Below are positions 1-10,862 of a stretch of 64,000 bases of DNA, one piece after another. The stretch comes from Podarcis cretensis (Eukaryota): positions 97,712,001 to 97,776,000 of the forward strand of contig OX638153.1 of assembly GCA_951804945.1 (NCBI GenBank). The letters run 5' to 3'. A program made the translations under genes and the position numbers. The number at the start of each line of letters is the position of its first letter. The first letter of the stretch is position 1. Under the pieces are notes generated by a model that made no database searches, was not told where the DNA came from, and saw only the letters and a program-made list of their open reading frames with translations.

Positions 1-807
1 TAGCGACCTTCCACAGATGTTGGCAGTCTATCACCAGATGCCAGGAACTCAGAAGGAAAGAAGGCTACCACCATCTTTGTGGCCTGATGTTCTTGTGAAG
101 CCTTAGGAAATGAGATTCTAAAATTGCCCCATCAGCCTTTGCTTCCTGTGTTTGGAGGGAGGGGGCTTGTGAATTGCCCAGGGAATTCTTATCAGCAAGG
201 CTGCATGGAATCAACAGATCCAGTTGGGACCTGACCTCACAAAGAGCAAAGGTCACAGGCATCAACCGCCTGGTTCCTAGCAAAACAGACCCTGCCCATT
301 CACAACCCTTGCATGCTCATTAATCACCCATTGATCAGGGGCTCGCCTTGTAACTGATTGAGCCTCTTCGCTTAGGAGAGCTGTGCGATAGGCAAAGGAA
401 TCAAATAGGCAGAGCATCCTCATTTGTTGTTTATAAAAAGTGCCTGATATGCACAGACTCATTCATCCAGGGGAGGGGAGTGTGGGCATAACTTATTTAT
501 TTTTAATGACAATTTCCGTCCCATTCTCCCTCACCGAAGGACAGATAGCAGCCTAAAATGCAATAAAACCATGTTGAATATCCAATAATTAAAACGACAG
601 TTATTAAAACCTCATCATCCATAAGGAAAGTTTGGGGGCGGGGAGAGAGAGAATCATATGCCTTCCCTTTCTTTTCCTACACACACACACATGCACACAC
701 CAGATTTCAGATCCCACACTATGATTCCCTCAGGAAATCTTGCTTCTCTGCCTACCTTCCTGGTGCAGCTGGCATGGAACACTGAGCCAAACTATGGTGG
801 GTGGAGC

Positions 808-1228
808 AGGAGACTCTTGAGAGTCCCATGGACTGCAAGAAGATCAAACGTCTCCATTCTGAAGGAAATCAGCCCTGAGTGCTCACTGGAAGGACAGATC
901 CTGAAGCTGAGGCTCCAGTACTTGGTGTTTCCTGCTTGGCAGGGGGTTGGACTCAATGGCCCTTGTGGTCTCTTCCAACTCTATGATTCTATGATTCTAC
1001 TTTGGCCACCTCATGAGAAGAGAAGACTCCCTGGAAAAGACCCTGATGTTGGGAAAGATGGGGGGCACAAGGAGAAGGGGACGACAGAGGACGAGATGGT
1101 TGGACAGTGTTCTCGAAGCTACCAGCATGAGTCTGACCAAACTGCGGGAGGCAGTAGAAGACAGGAGTGCCTGGCGTGCTCTGGTCCAGGGGGTCACAAA
1201 GAGTCGGACACGACTAAATAACAACAAA
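808..1228 (+). mobile_element. BovB (RTE-clade LINE) 3' fragment, interrupted by a short CR1 tail
   Basis: Encodes RRLLRVPWTARRSN-SILKEISPECSLEG and MRREDSLEKTLMLGK; ends in a (CAA)-type tail. Confidence 0.92.
924..997 (+). mobile_element. CR1 LINE extreme 3' end nested in BovB
   Basis: Nearly identical to the last ~75 nt of the CR1 copies at 10525, 30611 and 56419, with the (ATTCTATG)n terminus; flanked by TACTT repeats. Confidence 0.88.
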
Positions 1229-2295
1229 TGGGGGAGAATGAATGAGCAAGGGAAGCTCTGCTTGCCCACAATCCCTTTTCTATGCAGCCAGGTCCCCCCC
1301 CCCCCAATTCTAGTTCTTTGCCTATGACCTTCCACCTACCAACTTTGGGCCGGCCTTGTTTGTGCCAACGTCCCCAGAACCTGAAGCAGATCAGCATGCA
1401 TAAGGACATAAGGAATCCACTCATCGCACATCCATGACATTTTGCTTCCCCCAAACTGAGCCCCGGTCAAAGTGCAGGAGGCTCAACCAGGGTTGTCCTC
1501 TCAGACCCTCACCACACACTTCCTTTCTTGAGGGTCAGCTGTTCTTTGCAACTTTGCATTGTGTTGGAAGCAGCTGACTGATTTCCTGCACAGTCTCGTT
1601 TGGCCCAGTTTGTTCCACAACCCTCTTGTGGATATTTGCAGAAGATAACACAGGAACCATCTCAGCGGAGGTGCAGGGAGAGTGACAACGGTAGCCTCTG
1701 CTCTCAGCTGCATCAGCAATGCCTTGCAAATCTTGCCCAACATCCTCTTTAAGCAAGACCAGACCGGACCATAAGATACCAACTGGAAGGAAGTGGGCAA
1801 TTTGTTTCCAGGACACACTCTGTGCATTGATGCAACTTCTCTGAGAAAGAAACAGCACAAATTCTGCAAAAGTAAAACCTGGAGTGGGGAGAACCTTGTG
1901 AGTTCACCTGCTGATCTTAGCCCATTTTATGATTATTATGATTATATGGGCTGGGTTTTACATTATTCCTTTATGATTTGGACTAACACAACTTTCCTCC
2001 GTTTTGAATAATGCTCAGAATACTTGCCTGTCCTCACCCTCCCTGCTTAGCAAAGGTTGGCAACAGAGCAAAGCGGGACACGGACTTTCTGCAAACTAAG
2101 AAACCGTGTCGATCAAGTCGCACCTCTGAATTTGGTCCTGTGCTCCTGTTCTTCTCGTAAGCAACATCTCTACCTTTCCTTAAGAATGCCAGATGGCCTT
2201 GCAGCTGGATCAGGCCAAAGGCCCATCCCATAAGGTATCCTGCTCTTGCAGAGGCTGAACTGCCCTAACAGCTACATGGGGAGCAGGATCCAAAT

Positions 2296-2454
2296 CAGTG
2301 GCGTAGCGTGGGTTGTCAGCACCCGGGGCAAGGCAAGTAATTTGCACCCCCTAACCCGTGGATTTACGCCCCCTAGCCCTACCCCTAACCCTAACCCCCA
2401 GATGTTGCGCCCGGTGCGGCCGGCCCCCCCTGCACCCCCCACACTACGCCACTG
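2296..2454. mobile_element. hAT-type MITE with telomere-like internal repeats
   Basis: TIRs CAGTGGCGTAGCGTGGG and CCCACACTACGCCACTG; 8-bp TSD ATCCAAAT/ACCCAAAT. Confidence 0.85.
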
Positions 2455-2924
2455 ACCCAAATCCTTCCAAGCGTACAAACGGCAAAGCAATAATAAGCAC
2501 TATTAAAAACAACATCAAGTCCCCAGACATTCAAATGCAACAGGACAAAATGTATAAAACCAGCAGAAGCTAGGACCCCTTAAGCTTGCTTTATTGTTTA
2601 AGAGAAGTCAGTTCCTGGGGAAACACTCTGCACAAGCCCAGAGGGATAATTTCCTTGGGCTGGGATTGAAAGCAGAAGCTGGTTCCTTTGCTCGGGGAGT
2701 TAGAAGTCGGGATCCCTAAAAGCAGGCATGCAGCTCCCCAGAACATGGCACACTCCCCTCTGTCCTAGCCAGAGCATCACCGCTGGGCAGAAAACAAAGC
2801 CAGCTTGAATACTTATATTACAGAACAGCCTTGGTTGGACTTTGAATGTCTACAGAAGACTCTCTGCTATCGTCAGATCAAGCACCCACTGACTTAGATG
2901 GAGTTTATCTCCAAGTGAAGCAGA

Positions 2925-3097
2925 GGAGGGCCGTAACACAGTGGCAGAGTGTCTGCCTTACATGTAGAAGGCTTCTGCAGGTAGGGTCGGGAAAGACTCC
3001 CTGGCTGAAATCCTGGCAAGCTGCTGCCAGTCAGTGCCGACAACACTGATCTAGAGGGACCTACAGGTCTGAAATTGTATAAGGCAGCTTCCTATAT
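2925..3097 (+). mobile_element. Old tRNA-derived SINE, diverged; related copies near 4092, 9205-9390, 31604-31840, 44038-44235, 51776-51890 and 55550-55720
   Basis: A-box-like head (GGGCCGTA-C-CAGTGG-AGAG) and shared tail ...GTATAAGGCAGCTTCCTAT seen in several copies in the window. Confidence 0.65.
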
Positions 3098-4480
3098 TCT
3101 CATTCTCTCTCTCTCTCTCTCTCTCAAAAAACAACAACACTCTTTTCCAGAAACTTGGGCTGGTGGCCGATTTGGCTCCAGAAGATCTTCTCCCAAGCTG
3201 TGGAACAACAACAGATAGCTTTGTTTCTCACCTAAGGATGTGGCAGAGAGGCAGGCACAGAAGCAAAAGAGAGCCTGGATCCTCAGGGCAGCCAGGGGCT
3301 TCATCCTGCAGCCAAGCCAAGGATGGAAAGAGTCCCTGATGAAAGAGCGCAGCTTCTGAGGCTCTGGGGTTTTTATGCTCCTCCTCTCACCTTTGGACCC
3401 AGGGGGGCACCGGGCCAAAAGGCTGGGAGGGGTGGGAAAGGAAATGATGATGACGTCCCATGCCCTGTCCCGAGAGAAGTACCGGTAACTGCCCACAACA
3501 CAGTTTCATCACAGCCTTTCAAGTCTGCAGTGGGGAGAGCATTTTTCTGCTGAATCGGCCAGCCTATCTGTAGGCTCCAAGGCTCCTCCCGGACACCTCT
3601 TCTGAACACCAGCTCCGGAAGGAAATCAAAGGCTACGGCCTTGTTGAGGAGACCACGCAGCCACTTGCAGGTTTCTGCGAAGAGATAGGGAGCCTTCCTC
3701 CTGTGGGCCCAGCCAGTGGAGAGACAGGCGGTTAGGGTCCTCTAAGACACAAAGGCTGCCCCAGAGGTCACTGCAGAGCTCATGTCTGCCTTCTTAGCTG
3801 CTTCCGTTGAACTGAGTGGCAAGGACACTTTGGGAAGTCAACACGCATGGAAAAACCGAGTCCTGCTTCCTTCCATAGAACTGGGCAGATCTGGTCTGGT
3901 CTGGGCTGCTGATGACTGGAAATTGCCCAGGATGCACGTTCCCTTCCTGCCCAATGTTGCATTTACTCGCTTAAACCAAAAGGGCAATGCAAAACGGTGT
4001 CTGAGCATGTCAAACAATGGAATTTGAAAAACACATACAAATACATTGGAGTTTACAAGTCAAGGTGAATCCAAACAAGTCCAAAGTACAGGGCGGAATG
4101 TAGCTCGGTGAAATGCACACGCCTGGCATGCACAGGGTCCGATTCCTGGCATCTCCTGAGGGGCAGGAAAGAGTCTGGGACCCTGGGGGCCCTCTGCCTG
4201 CCAGAGTGTACCAGCAGCCCCCCAGATGGTGCCTGCCAGATGCTTCAGACTTCGATTCCCACCAGCACCATCTAGTAGAGCTATGCTGGCTGGAGCTCAT
4301 GGGAGTTGTAGTCGACAGCAGTTGGTGGGGGACAGCAGCCGCCTTGGAAAGTAGCTAGTCCAGGGCTTGAGAGGCTGACATTTGCAGGGCACCAGGTTGG
4401 CAGATTTAGTCTAACAGAAATGTAGAGCAAAGCCTCCTCCACCATCTCAACCAGGCAACACCTACCTGCTGGCCTCCCAG

Positions 4481-4555
4481 CCAGATGTAATGGACTACAA
4501 CTCCCATCAGCCATTCCAGCTGGGACCGATGGGAATTGTAGTCCAAAACATCTGG
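4481..4555. mobile_element. Palindromic MITE core (GGACTACAACTCCCATCA...GATGGGAATTGTAGTCC); related copies near 4220-4340, 4655-4720, 17815-17910, 45255-45390 and 55225-55345
   Basis: Recurring imperfect inverted repeat shared between copies; resembles short hAT-Charlie-like squamate MITEs. Confidence 0.65.
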
Positions 4556-4796
4556 AGGCAGCCAGTTTGGGGGAGGTCTGGAAACCAAGAACAGTTGAGG
4601 GGGTTAAAGGGGCTGTAAGATGCATCACACCAAAGGCAGCCAATGTGGTGCCCGGCAGTTGTTTTGGACTACAACTCCCATCCCTGACAATTGGCTTGGG
4701 TTGATGGGAGCTGTAGTTCACATGGTGCATAGTTACGACTGTGGAACTCCCACAGGAAGCCGTGCTGGACTGGCTTTAAGAAATGACGAGGCAAAT

Positions 4797-5362
4797 TCTT
4801 TTTTTAATTAAATTTTATTAAATGTTAGAAAAAAATGAAAAGAAAAAATAGAAACAATACATAACCAAACATTAAAACCTTCATCTACACTATTTTCCAG
4901 AATGCAGACTAGAAAAGAAGAAAGACAAAAGATAAAAGAAACAAGAAAAATAATGAAGAAAAAAATACTTTTCATAATCAATTATTCCAAATTCGTACTT
5001 CAAACATAACGATATATAAATCCTAGTTAAAATATTATAAAAGACTTCCACCGCATTCACCGCACGTCTCTTGGTTATCTAATTCACCTTTACATCTGTT
5101 CTTCAGTCACTTCCTTTCCTTAAATTCTTTCATAGTCCGACTAATCTTTGTATTCTCTATGTTCTTCACAAGGTTAGTCTAAGCACAACCAAATTTTCGT
5201 GTTTGATCCGTTTGCGTAAATATTCATTTAAGCATTCCCATTGTTTCTGTACCATAATTTTTGATTTATGCCTTATTATATCTGCCAATTTTGCTGACTC
5301 CAGATACTCACATAGTTTACTTAACCATTCCCTTTTTGTTGGGATGTTATTTCCTTTCCAAA
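4797..5362 (-). mobile_element. L1-clade LINE 3' fragment
   Basis: Minus-strand peptide WK-NNIPTKREWLSKLCEYLESAKL-...W resembles the C-terminus of non-mammalian L1 ORF2; AT-rich 3' UTR, AATAAA and a short poly(A). Confidence 0.7.
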
Positions 5363-6649
5363 CCGCAGGAGGGGAGAGAGAACTCCTGTGCTCATATTCT
5401 GCTCCCTGGTTTCTCGCAGACATCTGGTTGGCCACTGTGAGAACAGGATGCTCGACTAGGTGGGGTATTGGCCTGATCCAACAGGCTCACAGTTATCTGG
5501 ATGGGACTTTCCTTGGGTTGTACTTTGAGGAAGGAAGCAAGAAGCAATGGCAGCTCCCCAGAGAAGGTCATCGTGGCAAGTTCCTGCACAAATTTGATGG
5601 CAGCTTATTCCAGTCTTTCTGCCGTTGCAAACAATGGTCTCCTCGGTGCAGGGTGTGGTCCGAACGCACGACATGCGGCCATCTTGCTGAAGCAAAGCAA
5701 GTCTGTGCCCGGGCAGTGCCAACTGTGAGCACCACGGGATGTCAATAAAAACAAACAGCCTCTAGGTTGCATATGTCTTTGTGTCAGCTAGGAAGCAGAG
5801 AGACTCTCAGTCTGCAAATCCTGCAATGCTACTAATGAGGCCTGACAGGGAGCTATCTCAGGGCGCCTTATGTTGAGAGGACAGAGGAGAATTAAAGGAG
5901 CAATGTTCCCAGGTGCGTTGGGTTAAGTACCAGGGATGTGGCTGGAGCTCCACCACTTATTTCATAACAGGAACCACATCGTCATCTCCTGGGGTGCTAT
6001 TTTCTAGCTGAATTGAGTTTTTCTTAGAGAGAAGCTAAGCAGGGGAAGAGGAAGAGGGCATCAGCATGCAAGCTGGAGGGTTGAACCGCCTCTTTCTCCC
6101 CTGAAAAGCTCTGAAGTCCCATTATAATGGGCAACCAGAAAAATGCTACAAAATAGGGAGCGAGTTTTAAAGCAGGATTTAACTCAGCTGATGCACAGGG
6201 AGCTAAATTCTGCTTTTCTGCAGTTTCACACGGACACCCCCCCCAGCTCCACCCTTATTTCAGACACGGTGATATCGGTATACCACAATGTTTAGCTGGT
6301 CGCCCAGCCCTAGCTGTGACCTGTCCCAGTCAGGCTATGCCCAAAAGAATCAAAATACAGATGACATTATTAATACAGGTAAAGTAAATGAGTTTAACCA
6401 AGGGTAAGTAAAGTGTTGCAATATTTTCAGAATATTTTAGGTGGGGAAGTGTTTCCTGACTATACCCTTATCTCTGTAGCAAGCATGAAGCACATTCCTT
6501 GAACTGAGCAAGCAGTACACCCCCCGTGCGGTTTCCGCTTGCCTCCGACTGCAAACAGTTTACGCTGCTTTTTTTTTTACTGCATTCAAAGTGATGGTGG
6601 CCCCTTGGCTGACTGCACCCCCCCCCCATCCCATTGGCATTTAGCTTCT

Positions 6650-6724
6650 TCTCAGGGTCATGAGTTCGAGCTCCGCATTGGGCAAAACGATTCCTGCATT
6701 GCAGGGGCTGGCCTAGATGACCCT
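6650..6724 (+). mobile_element. Fragment of the tRNA-Lys/CR1-tail SINE
   Basis: Aligns by eye to the middle of the copy at 56759-56902. Confidence 0.6.
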
Positions 6725-6889
6725 ATTCTCCATTTGCTGATTTCCCCACCTCCTAGCAGGTTTTTTTTCTCTGGGCGGTAGTGGTGGTAGGGAAAGCTCC
6801 GACCCCCTTCCAAAATTCCCAGTCTTCTTTTAGTCCCCCTTCCACACTCACCAGCCCTGATTCAACTGGCTAAAACACACACAACCAGA

Positions 6890-6895
6890 TTTATT
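6890..6895 (-). terminator. Distal polyadenylation signal (AATAAA) of DIS3L2
   Basis: AATAAA on the minus strand followed by TGGTTGTGTGTGTTTT. Confidence 0.5.
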
Positions 6896-7125
6896 GTTTG
6901 TCACCGTCGTTTCTCTCCCAGGCGACGGTGCTGTTTTTGCAGAGGATGGAGATGAGTGTGTGGAATTGAAAGAGGAAGATAACAGCATCGTTGCTGCTTC
7001 ACGACCGTTTCAGAACTTCCTCTCGTGTTGAAATGTCAAATGAGAACATGCCAGCGAAATCAGGACGACGGAAACCTGCACACACACACACACACACACT
7101 CACGGGTGTTGTTGGCCAAGGTGTT

Positions 7126-7131
7126 TTTATT
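7126..7131 (-). terminator. Proximal polyadenylation signal (AATAAA) of DIS3L2
   Basis: AATAAA on the minus strand about 385 nt after the stop, followed about 25 nt later by a (GT)n run that fits a GU-rich downstream element. Confidence 0.6.
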
Positions 7132-7515
7132 ATTATGCCCGCATGGCCACAGCCACAAACACAGAAGCAAGGAATGCCTTAAGGCACAGAAATCCCACCA
7201 CGGGCTGCTCTCAGCTCCTCTGTGTCCTTTGCAAGGGGCTTGTTTAAGAAAAGGAGGGTCTAAAAAGCCAGGAGCCGAGGAGGATTCAGGTCCCCGCAGC
7301 AGCCGGGGATGCCTGGAGGGCGGCCATCCCCGCTGCTGCTGGCTTGGGTTAAAATCCAGACATAAAACAAAACCCGTTCGCAAAAATTGATAACGAGAGG
7401 CCCACAGCCCGACTTTCCCCAGGAGAGAGAGAGAGTCACTGTAGGATGAGGCCCTTTGGGATGTTGCTTTGGCAGTGTCAGCTGGGCACAATCCATCTCC
7501 AGATGTGGGAGCCGG

Positions 7516-7614
7516 TCACTCCTCGCCGCCAGGCCTCTTCAGTACCGCACTGTACTTCAAGGGGACATTGTCAGACCTCAGGACGACCTCCACCAAGGTG
7601 AAAACAGTAATGAC
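7516..7614 (-). CDS. DIS3L2: DIS3L2 terminal coding exon (VITVFTLVEVVLRSDNVPLKYSAVLKRPGGEE-stop)
   Basis: Acceptor (ttc)n-cttgtcgctcaag|GTC; TGA at 7516-7518; VIT-F-LVEVVL and LKYSA-LKRP match the DIS3L2 C-terminus. Confidence 0.94.
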   Translation of the reverse strand, partial: VITVFTLVEVVLRSDNVPLKYSAVLKRPGGEE

Positions 7615-7760
7615 CTTGAGCGACAAGGAAGAAGAAGAAGAAAAAGGGCAGCAGGTTAGCTGGCTGGCAAGTGATTGATTCGAAAAGGCTGAGATGTCCC
7701 TGAAAGCCACCCCTTCTGGTCTAGGAAAGCAGGAAGTTCACAGAAGGTGATCTGAAGGTA

Positions 7761-8111
7761 AAAGGTAAAGGGACCCCTGACCATTAGGTCCAGTTGTGAC
7801 CGACTCTGGGGTTGCGGCGCTCATCTCGCTTTATTGGCCGAGGGAGCCGGCGTACAGCTTCCGGGTCATGTGGCCAGCATGACTAAGCCGCTTCTGGAGA
7901 ACCAGAGCAGCGCATGGAAATGCCGTTTACCTTCCGGTCGGAGTGGTACCTATTTATCTACTTGCACTTTGACGTGCTTTTGAACTGCTAGGTTGGCAGG
8001 AGCAGGGACTGAGCAATGGGAGCTCACCCCGTCGCGGGGATTTGAACCGCCGACCTTCTGATCGGCAAGTGCTAGGCTCTGTGGTTTAACCCACAGCGCC
8101 ATCCGCATCCC
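7761..8111 (-). mobile_element. Sauria SINE (Squam1), full length
   Basis: tRNA-like head, (ACCTTT)n tail and 13-bp TSD TGATCTGAAGGTA at 7748-7760 and 8112-8124. Confidence 0.93.
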
Positions 8112-9537
8112 TGATCTGAAGGTATTTGGTAGCTAAACAGAACCTCTCTACACAGAGGCAGTCTATCTTAGAATACCTGACAAGCACTACCCAGGCAGGA
8201 ACGTGCAAAAAGGCCGGTTCCAAAGATTATAGTGCTAAGCCCCATTTAGTTTTGTGTGGATGGCAAAGGTCAACGAGGGGTGCAGGGGTATAACTCCGTC
8301 AGTATGTATAAGGCAGCTTCCTATGTCCCTGTGGATTCTTCAGGGAAGGACCACAGCTCAGGGCATGCAGAAGTTCTCGGGGGGGGGGGGGAGAGCAGGG
8401 TCTTCCTTTCTCTGGAGCTGATGACACTGGGGGCTGCGTGAAATGCAGCTGTGGGCCACAGGTACCATGTGAGCTGAAGGTCCTGGGAATTTTCTCTTCC
8501 GGCAAGAGACAGTCCTATTGCTCCACCCTTTGGTTCTGCCTTACTTTGCAGAAGCATCTCCTCGGAAGGATTAGGGATCTCTGCGTGTGCATTAGTAGCC
8601 CCCTTTGCCTTACGCCCAGCGTCCCTCGTTCCCAGCCAGGTGGCAGGACCAGGGGCCCCTTGCCAAGGACTGCAAAACAATTAGCCAGGGCGCTTTAGGG
8701 AGGGCTGCCAACTTGCGCTTGGCACTAGAGCAGAGCTTAATCAAATCCAACAAATGCCTCCCTGAGGCTGAGTTACTGATTTAATGGATGCGAGGGACAC
8801 GCACAAGAGAGAGGGAGAGAGAGATCGAGAGAGGTTCTATTAAAGCATCTGACACCACGTCGCGGGAAATCTCTTTTAGGAGCAGGGGGCTGGCATGCAA
8901 GGGTTCTTGAATCTGAGCACTGCCGCGGGAATTGGGAGGCAGAGCAGGATGCATGCTAGGACAGCACAGTGGGAAGGGTAGGGATCCTGGCAACAAGAGC
9001 AACAGCCTGGAAGGGGAAGGAGCAAACAACGTGTCAATTAAGTTTTTAGAAGAGGGCTTAACCAGGAAGGCATTGCAAAGAAGTCAGACAATACAGCTGC
9101 CAAGTGATGCGAATGAGCCTAAATTCCATCATTTTTATTAATTAATTTTACACCCTGTCCTTTTTCTGAAGATCACAGGGCGGTTTGCAACATAAACAGC
9201 CCTGATCACAGAAAGCTGCCTTCTGCAAAGTTGGACCATTGGTCCATCTAGCTCAGTGCTGTCTACACTGACTGGCAGCAGCTCCACAGGTTTCAGAGAG
9301 GACTCTTCTCTCCCAGGCCTACCTGAGATGCAGCCAGGGATTGAACTAGGTACTGTCTGCAGGTAAAGCAGATGGGCTACTATAGCCCTTACCTGTTCGG
9401 TTTGGGGGAATTGTCCCTAATGCCAGAGGAGCAAAGGCTTGAATGGAAGAGACAGTATTGGAGTATTTGGTTCCAATTACCCATTGAAACCCTTTTAGTA
9501 TCATTAAGATTGTCAATCTTGGTTAGACAGCAGACTT

Positions 9538-9541
<4 letters not shown>

Positions 9542-9575
<34 letters not shown>
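9542..9575. repeat. (CA)n microsatellite
   Basis: Direct reading. Confidence 0.95.
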
Positions 9576-9578
<3 letters not shown>

Positions 9579-9584
9579 TTGTAG

Positions 9585-9995
9585 AATCATAGAATCATAG
9601 AATCCTAGAGTTGGAAGAGACCACAAGGGTGGTCCACAAGGGCCATCGAGTCCAACCCCCTGCCAAGCAGGAAACACCATCAGAGCACTCCTGACATATG
9701 GTTGTCAAGCCTCTGCTTAAAGACCTCCAAAGAAGGAGACTCCACCACACTCCTTGGCAGCAAATTCCACTGTCGAACAGCTCTTACTGTCAGGAAGTTC
9801 TTCCTAATGTTTAGGTGGAATCTTCTTTCTTGTAGTTTGGAACCATTGCTCCGTGTCCGCTTCTCTGGAGCAGCAGAAAACAACCTTTCTCCCTCCTCTT
9901 TGTGACATCCTTTTATATATTTGAACATGGCTATCATATCACCCCTTAACCTCCTCTTCTCCAGGCTAAACATGCCCAGCTCCCTTAGCCGTTCT
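9585..9995 (-). mobile_element. CR1 LINE 3' fragment, young family
   Basis: Encodes [26 protein letters not shown]...WNLLP...FKQRLD; (ATTCTATG)n end; flanking CTTGTAG repeat. Confidence 0.93.
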
Positions 9996-10045
9996 CTTGT
10001 AGGTAAGAGAATAAAAGTGGAGCAAGTTATTGTAGGAAAGACATA

Positions 10046-10281
10046 CAGCCAAACCAAACCAAACCACGGTTGTCGAATGTAATCCATTCTGCAAGCCCAC
10101 CTGGCTTCCAAAATGTTCAACAAATGAGGTGCAGCTTCTGACTGGCTAGAGGAGCTCCCTGCACTCAAGCAGAAGCCATGTTGGAAGTTTGGCTTCTGAA
10201 AAACGTTCGTAAACCAGGTTTTTGGTGTTTGGGAGCCGAAACGTTCCAAAACAGAGGTGTCTGGGAACCAAGGTTTTACTG
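10046..10281. mobile_element. Diverged Tigger/pogo-like MITE
   Basis: TA|CAG...CTG|TA termini with imperfect TIRs; resembles the elements at 14780 and 18442. Confidence 0.55.
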
Positions 10282-10524
10282 TACTTGAACATAAAAGTTC
10301 CTAGTTCTACCTAGTCTAAGCCACCTGTAGCAGAACATGGCAGCCACACCGGCTACTTGCTCTCTCAGAGGATAGCTGCAGCCTGACCTCTGATCTTTAG
10401 GACGCAGAGAGAAGAAGGAAGAAGCTGTAAGCATGAGGCAGCCTGAGAAGCACCAGTCTAAACACCAAAGAGGTCAGCTCAAGAGGTTAAAGTGCAGGGA
10501 TAGTCTGGGAATCCGGAGGCCCCC

Positions 10525-10862
10525 AAATATATAAAAGGATATAAAAGGATGTCACATAGAAGAGGGAGAAAGGTTGTTTTCTGCTGCTCCAGAGAAGCGG
10601 ACACGGAGCAATGGATCCAAACTACAAGAAAGAAGATTCCACCTAAACATTAGGAAGAACTTCCTGACAGTAAGAGCTGTTCAACAGTGGAATTTGCTGC
10701 CAAGGAGTGTGGTGGAGTCGCCTTCTTTGGAGGTCTTTAAGCAGAGGCTTGACAACCATATGTCAGGAGTGCTCTGGTGGTGTTTCCTGCTTGGCAGGGG
10801 GTTGGACTCGATGGCCCTTGTGGTCTCTTCCAACTCTATGATTCTAGGATTCTATGATTCTA
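10525..10862 (+). mobile_element. CR1 LINE 3' fragment, young family
   Basis: Nearly identical to the 9585-9995 copy but in the opposite orientation. Confidence 0.93.

Noticed and set aside
1535-1858. Minus-strand acceptor-like site followed by a ~100-codon frame (possible extra exon)
   Set aside because: No recognisable homology, lies beyond both poly(A) signals, and I see no alkaline-phosphatase motifs.
2349-2397. Chromosome-fusion telomere relic
   Set aside because: Only a few degenerate units in one orientation, enclosed by transposon TIRs and a TSD.
3323-3553. Collagen-like GPRGAPGQK peptide
   Set aside because: Only three Gly-X-Y triplets, and no partner exons.
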